From NCBI GenBank assembly GCA_963707025.1, contig CAVPOM010000015.1, positions 206,118 to 270,117 of the forward strand: DNA of 64,000 nt, in the 5' to 3' direction. The notes beneath the pieces are model-generated. The model was not told the origin of the DNA. It saw only the letters and a list, made by a program, of their open reading frames with translations, and made no database searches. The position numbers and the translations under genes are program-made. Origin of the DNA: an uncultured Verrucomicrobiae bacterium (GTDB lineage: Bacteria > Verrucomicrobiota > Verrucomicrobiia > Limisphaerales > Palsa-1400). Position 1 is the first letter of the stretch, and every line of letters begins with the position of its first letter. Of this stretch, positions 1 to 11,634 are shown one piece after another.

Positions 1-1168
1 ACAACCAGACCAGGCCGATGGGCGCCAGATTGAAGAAACTGGAGAGGGTGCGTTCGCTGGCGCGCAGGGCTTGTTCCGCCTCTTTGCGCGCGGTCAGGTC
101 GGAAATCGCCGTCAGGGCAAAGGAAATGTCGTCGCTGACCTGGCTCAGGAGGCTCAATTCGCTTTCATCAAAGGAACCCGCGCGCGACGCATAGACTTGA
201 AAGGAGCCCGTCACCCTGCCCGCGATCCGGATGGGAAACGCCGCCACATAAAACAGCCCGAACTTCATGGCCCGGTCGTGCCATGGGGCCATGCTGGCGT
301 CATGGTCAATATCCTCGATCACGACAGGCTGGTTTTTGCGGATGGCCGTGCCGACCGGCCCGCCCCCTTCCAGCTCGTCGCGCGCCACCACCCGGATGCC
401 CTCAAGATATCCGGTCGCGCCGGCCTGCGCCACCGGTTGCACCGATCCGTCCGGCGAGACCATGCCGATCCAGGCCAGTTTGAAACCGCCGCTTTCCACG
501 GCCACCCGGCAAATCTCATTGAGCAGTTTCTGCTGGTCGGGCACATGGACAATGGCGCGATCCACTCCGCCCAGGATGGCCCGCACCCGGTTGAGTTGGG
601 CGATTCGTTCCTCCGCCCGCTTGCGTTCGGTGATGTCCGTGACGCTGGCCCGGCATTGCTTCCTGGGACTGGCCTTGTCGCGCATCGCCTCGGCATGGAC
701 GAACAGCCGTTTGCCCTGCGCATTGACCAGGTCCAGCTCCACGCTCTGCCGCGCCTTCGCGCTGAACACCTGGCGGCAAAACAAATAAAACGCGTCCTGC
801 CCTTCCGCCGGGACGAAGCGGGAGAACTTTTGCTGGATCAACCGGCCGCGTTCCAGACCGAGCAATTCACCGGCACTCACATTGGCTTCCAGAATCTCGC
901 CTTGCCCGCCCAAGGTGAGGTGGGCCACCGGCGCAAAATTGTAGAGGTCGGCATAGCGATCCATCGCTTGCTGCAATTCCTGCTGCGTCCGGCGCAGTTC
1001 GTCATTCTGCATCTCCAGCTCGATCTGGTGGACTTGCAGTTCGTGCATCACCTTCTGCGCGTCATCCACCGGCATCTGCGCCACTTCGCGCCGCGTCAGG
1101 GCCATCAACTGTTCCGCGCGGGCGCGCAGTCTTCCGGGAGAGACGGAAGGTTTGCGGTGCGCCTTCAT
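1..1168 (-). CDS. PAS/GAF-domain sensor protein, probably a histidine kinase; 3' end lies outside the window
   Basis: Read manually (not in the ORF track): ATG at 1168 overlaps the cheBR stop (ATGA). Translates MKAHRKPS...HELQVHQIELEMQNDELRR...YADLYNFAPV (PAS), then a GAF region (LAWIGMV..., AAFPIRIAG) and a second PAS start; open to base 1. Confidence 0.8.
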   Translation of the reverse strand, partial: MKAHRKPSVSPGRLRARAEQLMALTRREVAQMPVDDAQKVMHELQVHQIELEMQNDELRRTQQELQQAMDRYADLYNFAPVAHLTLGGQGEILEANVSAGELLGLERGRLIQQKFSRFVPAEGQDAFYLFCRQVFSAKARQSVELDLVNAQGKRLFVHAEAMRDKASPRKQCRASVTDITERKRAEERIAQLNRVRAILGGVDRAIVHVPDQQKLLNEICRVAVESGGFKLAWIGMVSPDGSVQPVAQAGATGYLEGIRVVARDELEGGGPVGTAIRKNQPVVIEDIDHDASMAPWHDRAMKFGLFYVAAFPIRIAGRVTGSFQVYASRAGSFDESELSLLSQVSDDISFALTAISDLTARKEAEQALRASERTLSSFFNLAPIGLVWL

Positions 1169-4100
1169 GCCGGCGCCCCCTTTCCACGGCGGCGCGGCTT
1201 CTTTTCCGCTGGCGGTCCGGCGGTTTTATCTTCAAAGGCCAGCAGAATCATTTCCGGCACGCCCGGCTCCCGCTTCAGCCGCCGCGCATTCAAGAGCAGC
1301 GTGCGGCGCCCCAGGCCGGGGAAATCCTGCTCCACCTTGAAATCCTGGAAGCTGGCGTTGCGCGGCAAAATTTCTTCGAGCAGTTTGCGCAGGGCGGGGA
1401 GGTTCCATTGTCCGCCGCCCAGTTCGTAAATCAACTGGCGCTCCACTTTGCGGGCGGTCGTTTTGAAGGTGTGATAGAACGCCGGATTGGCCGAAACCAC
1501 GCAGAGGTTTTCGTCGAGCACGAGCAAGGATTCGCGCACGGTGGCGACGATGCTCTCGGCGTAGGTCCGGGCTTGCTGGGCCGCCCGCTCGGCCAGCTTC
1601 AGCCGGTTGATGTCCACGAACGTCACCACCAGCCCGTCAATCACATTTTCCGTCGTGCGATAAGGCGAGATGCGCACCAGCCGCCACTCGCCCTGGCGCG
1701 TCCGCACCTCCTTTTCCTTGAATCCCAGCTTGCCCAGCACCTCGGCGGCGTCGGCCTGGAGCTGGTCGTATTGGAGATTGGAAGCCAGGTCGCCGATGGG
1801 CCGGCCCACGTCCGAATGGATGAGCTTGACCAGCTTGGTGGCCTCGGCGGTGAAGCGCTTGATGTGCAGTTTCTGATCCAGAAAAATGGTGGCAATGCTC
1901 GTGCTGTTGAGCAGGTTCTGCATGTCGTCGTTGGCCTGCGACAGGTTGTCCAGCTTGCCCTGCAACTGGGCATTGACCGTCTGCAATTCCTCGTTGAGCG
2001 ACTGCATCTCCTCCTTGGACGTTTCCAGCTCCTCGTTGGCGCTCTGCAATTCTTCGTTGGTGGACTGCAGCTCTTCGTTGGTGGATTTCAATTCTTCGTT
2101 GGAAGTCTGCAACTCCTCCACCGTTCTCTGCAAGGTCTCCCGGGTGTAGCGCAACTCCCGCTCCAATTCGGGGGCGCCGCCCGGCAGCGGCCTGGCCGGA
2201 TGACGCGGCGCTTTGCCGGCCGGCCGCTTCACCACCGGCTCGGTCCGGAAGGTCACCAGAAACAAGCCGCGCACCGCTTCCGGATCGGTCAGCTTGGCCA
2301 CGGTCAGCCGCACCGCGGCAAAACCGCCGTTGGTTTTGACCCGCAGGGCTTCGTGGACCACCTCGCCCTTTTGCGCCGCCGCCTGGCGCAGCGCCGCGGG
2401 CAGTTCCAGGCGCAACCCTTCGCGCGCCATTTCCAGAATGTTCCAACGCGGCTGGCCGGTGGCCGGTTCCAGATAATCGCCCGTGCGCCCGTGGATATGG
2501 AGGATGTCGCCGCGATCGTTGACGATGACGCTGGCCGGCGCGTAGCGCGTCAGCAGCACTTTCTCGACCATCGTGGAGAGAAGCTGCTTGGGCGGGTGTT
2601 CCACCGCGTCGGCTGGGCTGCCGGGGCCGCGCTGGCCGGGGCTGCCGCCGCGGTGAATTCAGGAGGCAAGGCATGACCCGCCCCGGCCTCCTGGCGCGCA
2701 AAGATTTTCCATTTCTTGTTCATAAAGGCGAAGTGGCCGCTCAGACCGGTGATGCTCTCGGACGATCCCAAAAACAGGATCCCCCCCGGATTCAGCGCGT
2801 AATGGAACAAGGAGAGAAGCCGCACCTGGGCGGCGGGTTTGAGGTAAATCAGCAAATTGCGGCAGGCGACCAGATCCAGCCTGGTGAACGGCGGATCTTT
2901 CAAAACATTCTGGGGCGCGAACACGACCATCTCGCGAATCTCCTTCTTGATGCGGCAGGCGCCATCCTCCTTGAGGAAGAACCGCGCCAGCCGTTCCGGG
3001 CTCATATCGCCGGCGATGCCCTCCGGGTAAGCCCCGGCGCGCGCGGTGTCAATGGATTCGTGGTCCAAATCCGTCCCGAAAATCTGCACCGGAAAATGCC
3101 GCTTCAGCTTGTCCATCCCCTCCTGCAACACCATCGCCAGGGAATAGGCCTCCTCGCCGGACGAACAACCCGCCACCCACACCCGCACCGGCGCGTCCTC
3201 CGGGTGGCCGGCCAGCAGCGCGGGCACGGCCGTTTTGGCCAGCGCGGTGAAGGCTTCCGCGTCGCGGAAAAAGCTGGTCACACCGATGAGCAATTCCTTG
3301 AACAGCAGGTCCAGCTCATGGGGATTTTCCTGCAACAGGCGCAGGTATTGCTCGGGACCTTTTAATTGATGCATGTTGACCCGCCGTTCGATGCGCCGGC
3401 GGATGGTGTGGGCTTTATAGAAGAAGAAATCGTGCCCGGCGCGCGCGCGCAACAAGACGAGGATTTTCTGCATCGGTTCGGGAAGCACCTCCGCGCCGCC
3501 AGGCCCGCTTTGGCTCGCAGCCAGATACCGCCCCCGGGTGGAGGCGGCCAGTTGTTCGGGCAGCCGTTCCGCCGGCAAAATGTAATCCACCAGCCCCGTG
3601 GCGATGGCGCTGGAGGGCATCCCGGAATACCTGGCCGAGTCCGGCGCCTGGGCCATGGTCATCCCGCTGGCGCCTTTGATGGCTCTCAGACCCAGCGTGC
3701 CGTCCGTGCCCGTGCCGGAGAGCACAATGCCGATGGCCTTCTCCTTCTGGTCCTCGGCCAGCGAATGGAAAAAATAATCAATCGGCAGCCGCAATAAACC
3801 CGGTTCGTCCAGCTCCATGACGTGCAGCGCGCCGTGGAGAATGGCCAGGTAGCCGTCCGGCAGCGACATGTAAACCGCGTTGGGTTCCACCGCCATGCCG
3901 TCGGCCGCGTGCCGCACCGGCATGCGCGTGCATTTGCCCAGCAACTCCGGCAGCAAACTGACGTGACCGGGATGCAGGTGCGTGACCACGACAAACGCCA
4001 TGCCGCAATCGGCGGGCACGTGCAAAAAGAATTTCTCCAGCGCTTCCAGTCCGCCGGCCGACGCCCCCAGGCCGACGATGGGAAAGGATTTGAGGGCCAG

Positions 4101-4214
4101 GGGCGCGCCCGGAAAGGTGGACAGGACGGCGGCAGATTTCACCGGGATTTTCGTCCCCGATTTCTTGCCGCGGATTGATCGGTCTGCTTTCAGCACTTTC
4201 TTATTCCTCGCCAT
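1165..4214 (-). CDS. cheBR: CheB methylesterase-CheR methyltransferase-PAS fusion; one frameshift near 2590-2610
   Basis: ORF 2550-4214 has GLGASAGG, GTGTDG (CheB) and RVWVAGCSSGEEAYS, CRNLLIY (CheR). ORF 1165-2604 has the NEELQSTNEE coiled coil and PAS domains typical of these fusions. Confidence 0.9.
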
Positions 4215-4414
4215 AACACCAGATCAGCTCAGGGATTCTCTGCCATGCACTGAGGCAAGCATAGCAGGCCGGACACACCCGCAAAGAAGATTATTGCGCC
4301 TGCGCCAATTACTTTGCGGCTCAGGGAAATCGTCCCGGCCGCCACCGCCCGCTTCCGACAGGCCCGCCATTTTGCGCTGGCGCAGGGGCGGGCCCCATTG
4401 CCATCATCGGCCGG

Positions 4415-5305
4415 ATGGAATTTATCCGCGATATTCATGCCAGGAAAGCCGCCGCCGGGCAACCGGTCGTCTCCTTTGAGTTCTTTCCGCCCAAAACAGA
4501 CGAGGGCGACCGCACCCTCCTGGAAAACACCCTCCCGGCCCTCAAGGCCGTGCAGCCGGATTATTGCTCCGTCACCTACGGCGCGGGCGGCGGCACGCGC
4601 GAAAAGACGCTCCGGATCGTGGATAGAATCCAGCGCGAACACGGCCTGACCACCATGTGCCACCTGACCTGCGTCCAGGCCACGGTGGAGGAATTGCGCG
4701 GGGTGCTCTTGCAAGCCAGGGGGCTGGGCGTCAAAAATATCCTGGCCCTGCGCGGAGACCCGCCGGGCGGCCACGGCGTCTTCACCCGCGCGGAGGGCGG
4801 ATTTGAGTATTCCTGGCAACTGGTGCAATTCATCAAGGAGATGGGCGGGTTTGGCATCGGCGCGGCTGGTTTCCCGGAGGGCCACATCGCCTGCCGGGAA
4901 GGGCGCGAGGCGGACTGGGACCACTTGAAATACAAGATTGATTGCGGGGTGGATTTCGTCTTGACCCAACTTTTCTTCGCCAACGCGGATTTTTTCCGCT
5001 TCCGCGATTACCTCTGGAAGAAGGGCGTGACCGTCCCGCTTTGCCCCGGCATCATCCCGATCCTGAGCGCGCACCAGATCCAACGCTTCACCGCGCTGTG
5101 CGGCGCGGCCCTGCCCGCCCCTTTGCTGGCCAGCCTGGAAAAATACAGGGATGACGACCAGGCCTGCGCGGAATTCGGCATTGAATACGCCACCCAACAA
5201 TGCGCCGAATTACTGCGCCAGGGCGTGCCGGGCCTGCACTTTTACACCTTGAACAAAGCCCGTTCCGCCGCCGCGGTCGTGCGCAACCTCCCCCTGGGCC
5301 GGTGA
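4415..5305 (+). CDS. metF: 5,10-methylenetetrahydrofolate reductase
   Basis: SFEFFPPKT, SVTYGAGGGT, HLTCV, LALRGDPP, TQLFF, GLHFYTLN motifs. Confidence 0.95.
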   Translation: MEFIRDIHARKAAAGQPVVSFEFFPPKTDEGDRTLLENTLPALKAVQPDYCSVTYGAGGGTREKTLRIVDRIQREHGLTTMCHLTCVQATVEELRGVLLQARGLGVKNILALRGDPPGGHGVFTRAEGGFEYSWQLVQFIKEMGGFGIGAAGFPEGHIACREGREADWDHLKYKIDCGVDFVLTQLFFANADFFRFRDYLWKKGVTVPLCPGIIPILSAHQIQRFTALCGAALPAPLLASLEKYRDDDQACAEFGIEYATQQCAELLRQGVPGLHFYTLNKARSAAAVVRNLPLGR

Positions 5306-5393
5306 CGCCCGCGCTGATCGGCATGGCTTGGTAATCATGGTATTTAGAGATTAAAATCCTTTCTCTGACACGATTCGGTGCGAGATTATCGGC

Positions 5394-6610
5394 GTGCAAT
5401 TCAAACGCTTCATCATCATCGGCGGCGGCATCGTCGGGCTGGCCTCGGCGCTCAAGCTGGCCGCGCGCTTTCCCGGTTCCCACGCAGTTGTGCTGGAAAA
5501 GGAGGGCGACGTGGGGCGGCACCAATCGGGCAACAACAGCGGGGTGCTGCACGCCGGGCTGTATTACAAGCCCGGCTCCTTGAAGGCCCGCCTGGCGGTG
5601 GCGGGAATTCAGGAAATGACGGCCTTCTGCCGGGACAACGGCATTGCCCATGAGATTTGCGGCAAGCTGGTGGTGGCGGTGGACGAAAGCGAATTGGGGC
5701 GGCTGCACCATCTTTATGAGCGCGGCCAGGAGAATGGGTTGAAGGGTTTGCGATTATTGAATCGCGGGCAGATGCGGGAGATCGAGCCGCACGCCGGCGG
5801 CATCGCCGCACTGCATGTGCCGCAGGAAGGAATTGTTGACTATACCGGGGTTTGCCGGGTCATGGCGCGGCAAATCGAAGAGGGCGGGGGGCGGGTGGCC
5901 ACGCGCGCCAGGGTCATTGGCCTGCGGGAGCAGTCCGGCGGCTGGATCGTGCAGACCACGGCGGGGGACTGGGAGGCGGATTATGTGGTTAATTGCGGGG
6001 GCTTGCATAGCGACCGGGTCGCGGCATTGGCGGGGGAGAAACGGGAGGTGCGCATCGTTCCCTTCCGCGGCGAGTATTTCAAAATCAAGCCGGAGCGGCA
6101 ATTCCTGGTGCGGAACCTGATCTACCCGGTGCCCGATCCGCAGTTTCCATTTTTGGGGGTTCATTTTACGCGGCTGATCCAGGGGGGGTGGAAGCCGGGC
6201 CGAACGCGGTGCTGGCTTTTGCCCGCGAAGGCTATGGGAAGACCGATCTCAATCCGCTGGACCTGTACGACGCGCTGAGTTTTTCGGGATTGTGGAGATT
6301 TCTGAACAAACACCGGGCCATGAGTTGGGCGGAAATGAAAAGATCATTCAGCCGCCGGTTGTTTTGCCAGGCGCTGCAACGGCTGGTGCCGGAAATCCGC
6401 CTGGAAGACCTGAGGCCCGGCGGCGCGGGGGTGCGCGCGCAGGCCATGTCGCCGCAGGGGGAGTTGATCCATGATTTCAGCCTGGTGCGCCGTCCGCGCG
6501 CGCTGCATGTGTTGAACGCGCCGAGTCCGGCGGCCACGGCGGCACTGGCCATCGGCGGGCAGATCGCGGAATTTGTGGCGGATGGAAACGCCTTTGGCCC
6601 TGGCCATTGA
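5394..6610 (+). CDS. lhgO: L-2-hydroxyglutarate oxidase; frameshift at the G-run near 6182-6188
   Basis: IIGGGIVGL, HQSGNNSGVLHAGLYYKPGSLKA, YPVPDPQFPFLGVHF in ORF 5394-6278; AGPNAVL, AGVRAQA, HVLNAPSPAATA in ORF 6188-6610. Confidence 0.9.
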
Positions 6611-6790
6611 ACCGGGTTCATAAACAACCACCCCCGTCTGCAAATTCGTGCTGAATCAACAACCATTAAAGAAGTGAGAATTGTGCCGCCGGAGGTTTTC
6701 CGCGATGCGCGAGGGTCTTAATGGCCGGAACGCCAAATCCCGCCCGCCGTGCAGCGGGTGGGATGACTCCCGCGGCGGGTCTTTTCTTGA

Positions 6791-7996
6791 TCAAGGCGCC
6801 GTCAGGCGGAAGAAGGAGTTGGCGCTCGATTCGGGAAGGATCACCTCGCATTGACAGTTGACGAGTTCCGGCACGTTGGTCACATTGCTCCAGGTCGCCC
6901 CGTTCGAGGTCGGGTTGTATTGGAGCCTGTAGCCTGCGGCGGCGGATGGCCAGGTGAGAACCACCGTATTGGTGCCGGTGATGGCGATCCCCAGAGAGGG
7001 CTGCGGCGCAAATTGGACATTGAGCGTTTCCCAGTAGATTTGGTAGTATTGACCCTGGCCGCTGGAATAGGTGGCGTCATAATTGATGTTCTGGGAAACG
7101 TGGAAGATGCCGTGGGGGCGGCCCGGGGTTGTGCCCCAGGAATTGACCATAATCCAGGTTGGTCCGGCCGGATCCGTGTCGTCGTAACCCACACAGAGCG
7201 CGGCATGCGCGCCGCCGGAGGAGGTCCACCGCCCGCCGCAATCGAAATTGGTCCATTGGGCGCTTTCAGGCTGATTCTCCCAAAAATCATCAAAATTATT
7301 CCAGTCCGTTTCGGTTGGCATGTAGAAGGCGAACCAAACGGCCATGTTCTGGTTCAAAACGGCTTTGATGTTGGCGATGGCCTGGGCCTGGCTGACGCCC
7401 CAGGTGGGAATGGTGGTCGCGGACACGCTGAGGATGGGAAATTGCGGCGCGGTGGCGATGCTGCCGCAGGCGGCGCCGCCTTCTCCTGAGCTGCTGGACC
7501 AGACTCCGTTGGTGTTGTTCCAAGGAACGGCAAAGCCTTCGTAGGAGTAGAATTGCGCCACGTTAGCCAGCCAGCCACCGTCGCAGAGATTGACGAAGGG
7601 GTTGCAGGAATTGAGCAACTGCACCGACAGCCGGCTGGCCACCCCGTTCTGGACGTTATGCGCAATCTCCATCACCCCCGTGCCTGCCCACGCCCAGCAA
7701 TTTCCGCACTCCCCCTGGTCGCGATCCGCGGGAATATAGGGCAGCCAGGAGAGCAGGCTCAGGGAGGGCGGGTAGTTCGGGAGGAGGATGGTACCGACCG
7801 GCACGTTTGGCGTGGCCTCGGCCTTGAGGTGGCTGACCAACATTTGTGTCATCTGATCCGGGGTCAGTCGCATCAAGGGGTGGCGCCCGGACGCGGCAGG
7901 CTGGGCGGATAGGGCCGTCACACAAACCGCTGTCAAACAGGAGAAGATGATCGCCTTGGCCCGGAGGGAGGCGCCGCGTTGTCCGAATTGAATCAA
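6791..7996 (-). CDS. Secreted papain-family (C1) cysteine peptidase with a C-terminal beta-rich module
   Basis: Signal-like N-terminus; DQGECGNCWAWA (catalytic Cys), GAHAALCVGY (His), MVNSWG (Asn). Confidence 0.85.
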   Translation of the reverse strand: MIQFGQRGASLRAKAIIFSCLTAVCVTALSAQPAASGRHPLMRLTPDQMTQMLVSHLKAEATPNVPVGTILLPNYPPSLSLLSWLPYIPADRDQGECGNCWAWAGTGVMEIAHNVQNGVASRLSVQLLNSCNPFVNLCDGGWLANVAQFYSYEGFAVPWNNTNGVWSSSSGEGGAACGSIATAPQFPILSVSATTIPTWGVSQAQAIANIKAVLNQNMAVWFAFYMPTETDWNNFDDFWENQPESAQWTNFDCGGRWTSSGGAHAALCVGYDDTDPAGPTWIMVNSWGTTPGRPHGIFHVSQNINYDATYSSGQGQYYQIYWETLNVQFAPQPSLGIAITGTNTVVLTWPSAAAGYRLQYNPTSNGATWSNVTNVPELVNCQCEVILPESSANSFFRLTAP

Positions 7997-8581
7997 GTTT
8001 TTAATCCAGTGTAAGTGTTGAAGTTTCCATCGTGCCAGGTGGCAACCAGCGCGTCTCTTAAGCGATCAGGCCGGCAAAACCGGCCACCGGAGCCTTTCGA
8101 TGAGGACGCCCTGCTGCCGCACCGGCGCCGTCGGGCTTGTCGTTCCGTCCGAAAGAATCCTCCACTTTGGTCCGTTGCCCGTTGGGCTTTACCGGCGCGG
8201 TCCAGGCGGGGCGGTTGGGCATCGTGTCAATCGTCCCGATCCTTGGGAAAGGCAGCGCTGGTTGCGAAAAACAAGGTCCAAGGTTATTAAGTCCAAACAT
8301 AATTCCATCAAGTCACTAATTCCCGGCACGACCCGCCTCAACGTGTCCCATTTTCGGACGATGTGTCTCATTTTAAACAACTTCGACAGATAAGCATGTT
8401 ACGTGCCTATTGCAAGTGCGAAATCCATGGGAGTCGCTGCGGTCCAGCTCAGGAGGCTATTGAAAGTTGTAATCATCTGAAAGCAATTGACTTACGACAT
8501 AAAAAGCATGTGACCGATCTGGAAACAGGATGGGCGCAGCATGGGAAATGCGACCTTTCAGCCCTTTCTTCGCGCAAGTAA

Positions 8582-8665
8582 GATGCGGACGATATCATCC
8601 AGGCCATTCGTGACGTTCCCGAGCGCCATATTTACGCCGGTGAAGAAGTCCTGGAGAGCACCCAG
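8582..8665 (+). pseudogene. Possible remnant of a NarL-type response regulator (end of the receiver domain)
   Basis: Frame reads DADDIIQAIRDVPERHIYAGEEVLES directly after an in-frame TAA, resembling the 'I..AIR.V..G..Y.S' receiver/linker. No start codon or N-terminal part. Confidence 0.35.
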
Positions 8666-8846
8666 GCGGGCGGCGAAGCAGGCCTGCCGAGGAGGAAGCT
8701 CGCCCGCAGGATCATCCCGCCGGACACAATCAGGGGCTGTGAAGCGGGATTATTCAGGGTTATGGCCATATAACAAAAGCAGCCTGATTTCATACCCGGG
8801 AGTGAGACCAGATTGGGTCCGGTTGATTTTGGAGCGGAGGCGTCAT

Positions 8847-9959
8847 TTACGATCGGGACGCGCCCATGAATTGGCGAATGACGGCGACCACATAGTCCGC
8901 CTGGGCATCGGTCAGTTCCGGATAGATGGGCAGCGGGAGAATTTTGCGGGAGATTTGTTCAGCGACCGGAAAATCACCGGAGCGAAAGCCCAAATCGGCA
9001 TAGACTTTTTGGAGGTGAAGCGGCAGCGGATAATAGATGAGCGTGGCCACGCCCTGGTCGGCGAGGTGTTTTTGCAGGGCGTCGCGCTCTTCGCTGAGAA
9101 CGGCATAGACGTGGAAGACATGCGTGTTGCCAGGGGCGGTGAGGGCAAGCTGGAGGGGAAGATCCCGCAAGCCGGCGGTGTAGCGGCGGGCGATGGCCAC
9201 GCGGCGTTCGTTCCAGAGGCGCAAGTGCGGGAGTTTGACGCGCAGAATCGCCGCTTGCAACTCGTCCAGGCGGCTGTTGTAGCCGTGCAAGTCGTGGTAA
9301 TAACGCCGCTCCATCCCATGCACGCGCAACATGCGCAAGGTGCGGGCCAGCGCCTCATCGCTTGTCACCACCATGCCGCCGTCCCCGCCGGCACCCAGAT
9401 TCTTGGTCGGGTAAAAACTGAAGCAACCGAGCCGCCCGAATTGTCCGACCGGCTGGCCGGCAAAGGTCGCGCCAATGGCCTGGGCGCAATCTTCCACCAG
9501 AGCCAGGCCGTGCTTTTGGGCCAGGGCCTGAAGTTCCGCCAGAGGCGCAGCCTGTCCAAAAAGATGGACGGGAATAATGGCCCGTGTCCGCGAGGTGATT
9601 CTGCGGGCCACGTCAGCAGGGGAAATTTGAAAGGTGGCGGCATCAATGTCCGCAAAGACCAGGCGCGCGCCGACCTGGCAAATGGATTCCGCCGGGGCGA
9701 TGTAAGTGAAGGGTGTGGTGATGACTTCATCGCCCGGCCCGATGTCCAGGGCGCGCAGGGCCAGAGTGAGGGCGTCGGAACCGGAATTCACGCCAATGCC
9801 GAACTTGGTTTGAGTCAAGGCGGCGATCTCCTGTTCCAAGGCGGCGACATTGGGACCGAGGATATAATGGCCGCCGGCCAAAGCGCGTTGGACCACCGGC
9901 AAAAGCTCCGCCTGCAGCGACTGGTATTGCGCGGCCAGGTTTAAGAACGGGACGTTCAT
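8847..9959 (-). CDS. DegT/DnrJ/EryC1/StrS family PLP-dependent aminotransferase
   Basis: VNSGSDAL, IGPGDEVIT, PVHLFGQ, EDCAQA, FSFYPTKNLGAGGDGG, GYNSRLDELQAA. Confidence 0.93.
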   Translation of the reverse strand: MNVPFLNLAAQYQSLQAELLPVVQRALAGGHYILGPNVAALEQEIAALTQTKFGIGVNSGSDALTLALRALDIGPGDEVITTPFTYIAPAESICQVGARLVFADIDAATFQISPADVARRITSRTRAIIPVHLFGQAAPLAELQALAQKHGLALVEDCAQAIGATFAGQPVGQFGRLGCFSFYPTKNLGAGGDGGMVVTSDEALARTLRMLRVHGMERRYYHDLHGYNSRLDELQAAILRVKLPHLRLWNERRVAIARRYTAGLRDLPLQLALTAPGNTHVFHVYAVLSEERDALQKHLADQGVATLIYYPLPLHLQKVYADLGFRSGDFPVAEQISRKILPLPIYPELTDAQADYVVAVIRQFMGASRS

Positions 9960-10161
9960 CAATTTGTCATTTGGTTGCCGCCAGAGCATGAAGGCTGCTG
10001 ACCGTAAATAAAGAAAAAATGGCGGGGAAAATCAGGTGGGGAGAGGAAGTGGCCGGTTGGACCGGAAGTGGGCGGCAGAATCCCCTGATGCAAAACGAAG
10101 GTTTGTTTGACTTTTATTTCATCTTTTCTTCAGCCCCAAAAGAGGCTATACTGGACCCCAG

Positions 10162-11511
10162 ATGAAGTCGTTCATTCGTTTTGCCTTGATGCTGGCCGGC
10201 AGCGCGGCCATCCCGGCTTCCTTGACCGCCCAACCATCGGGCGGGGTGGCGGGGGCGCCTCCCGCGCCCGCCGCCTTCTCCACCAATGGCCAGGAATTTC
10301 CTTCCAATAGTGTGGACTCTAGTTTTTTTCCTCCCGCGCCTTTTGCCATCTCGACCAACGGGCTGGGAGCCAGGATTCAATTCAACACCGAAAACCACGA
10401 TGCCGGCACCAACCTGGCCGGGGACCCGATCCGATACACCTTCCTGGTCACCAACACCGGGGATGAAATGCTCGTTCTGAGCAACGTGCATGCCGGTTGC
10501 GGTTGCACCATCGTCGGCGGCACCACGCCCGCCGCCCTCACCCCGGAAGGGGGAACTGTGCCCGCCGCCACCACCACTTGGACCCACCAAATTGCCCCGG
10601 GCCAAACTGGCATTATCCCGGTTCAGATCATCACCAGCAGCCTTCGGGGACAGATTAACAAGAACGTCACCGTGACTTCCAATGACCGGACGCGCCCCAA
10701 CGTGGACCTTCACATCAGCGGCGTGGTCTGGCTGCCCATCGAGGTCGCGCCCACCATGGCCTCTTTCAGCCTCATGCCGGACGCGACCAACCTGAACACC
10801 CAGGTGCTCAGAATCTTCAACCGGATGCAAACGCCACTCACCCTTTCCGACCCGCAGAGCAACACCAACGCCTTCTCCGCCGTCCTCAAGACCAATCTTC
10901 CCGGGCAGGAGTTTGAATTGACGGTCACGGCGGCGCCCTCTTTCCACTTGCCGCCCTCTCTCGGCATGACGGTCATTCAGGGACAGATCGCCCTGAAAGC
11001 TTCCGCCACCAACATGAATCCCCTCAAGATCAGCGTTTTTGAGACCATCTACCCGGAGATCACGATTTTCCCGCCCAACATCCAATTGCCCGCCGGACCA
11101 CTGGCCCAGCCCAGCACAAGCCACCTCCACATCCGCGGCAACGCCGCCAATTTGACGCTGTCCGACCCCGTGGTGAACGCGCCCGGAGTGGAGGTTGCGG
11201 TCAAGGTGTTGCAAACCAACCGTCAATACTATCTTGACATTGTTCTTCCCGCCGGCTTTGAAGCCCGCACCAACCGGAACCTCGTGCTGACCGTCAAGAC
11301 CGACAACCCGCGCTTCCCCACGATCAGCGTCCCGGTCACGCCCGTGCCGGGCATGGCGCAACCGGTGCGGTCTCCGGTTCCGGCTCCGCCCGTGCGGACC
11401 AGCCTCCTGTCCCTTGGCGCCCGGGCCGGCCTGGCCGCCCCGGCGGCGGTCACCAACGCCCCGGCCTCATTGCCCAACCCGGCCCTGCGCGCCAACCCCC
11501 TTCAGCCCTGA
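10162..11511 (+). CDS. Secreted DUF1573-like Ig-fold repeat protein, paralog 1
   Basis: Signal peptide; YTFLVTNTGDEMLVLSNVHAGCGCT...IAPGQTGII...KNVTVTSND is the DUF1573 pattern. Confidence 0.75.
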   Translation: MKSFIRFALMLAGSAAIPASLTAQPSGGVAGAPPAPAAFSTNGQEFPSNSVDSSFFPPAPFAISTNGLGARIQFNTENHDAGTNLAGDPIRYTFLVTNTGDEMLVLSNVHAGCGCTIVGGTTPAALTPEGGTVPAATTTWTHQIAPGQTGIIPVQIITSSLRGQINKNVTVTSNDRTRPNVDLHISGVVWLPIEVAPTMASFSLMPDATNLNTQVLRIFNRMQTPLTLSDPQSNTNAFSAVLKTNLPGQEFELTVTAAPSFHLPPSLGMTVIQGQIALKASATNMNPLKISVFETIYPEITIFPPNIQLPAGPLAQPSTSHLHIRGNAANLTLSDPVVNAPGVEVAVKVLQTNRQYYLDIVLPAGFEARTNRNLVLTVKTDNPRFPTISVPVTPVPGMAQPVRSPVPAPPVRTSLLSLGARAGLAAPAAVTNAPASLPNPALRANPLQP

Positions 11512-11593
11512 AGCGGCGGCCCAGCGCCTTCGGCCGCCGGCCTTGCATGCCGCGGGAACGGGCCGCCCGGAGCGGAACCGCCCCCTTCCCCCT

Positions 11594-11622
11594 TTTACTT
11601 CCGCTGGAAAGGAGGCTATAAT
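11594..11622 (+). promoter_or_regulatory. Sigma70-like promoter of the second DUF1573 gene
   Basis: TTTACT (11594-11599), 17-bp spacer, TATAAT (11617-11622). Paralog 1 has the same GAGGCTATA(C/A)T context at 10142-10152. Confidence 0.5.
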
Positions 11623-11634
11623 CAATGCCACAAC

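Noticed and set aside
4230..4414. SAM/SAH riboswitch upstream of metF
   Set aside because: No recognisable conserved core of these riboswitch classes.
8036..8115. c-di-GMP-I riboswitch upstream of the C1 peptidase (minus strand)
   Set aside because: It has GAAA, CCGGCCT and GGTTGCC fragments but lacks the GGCAAAC...GACGCAAA core and a proper P2 stem.
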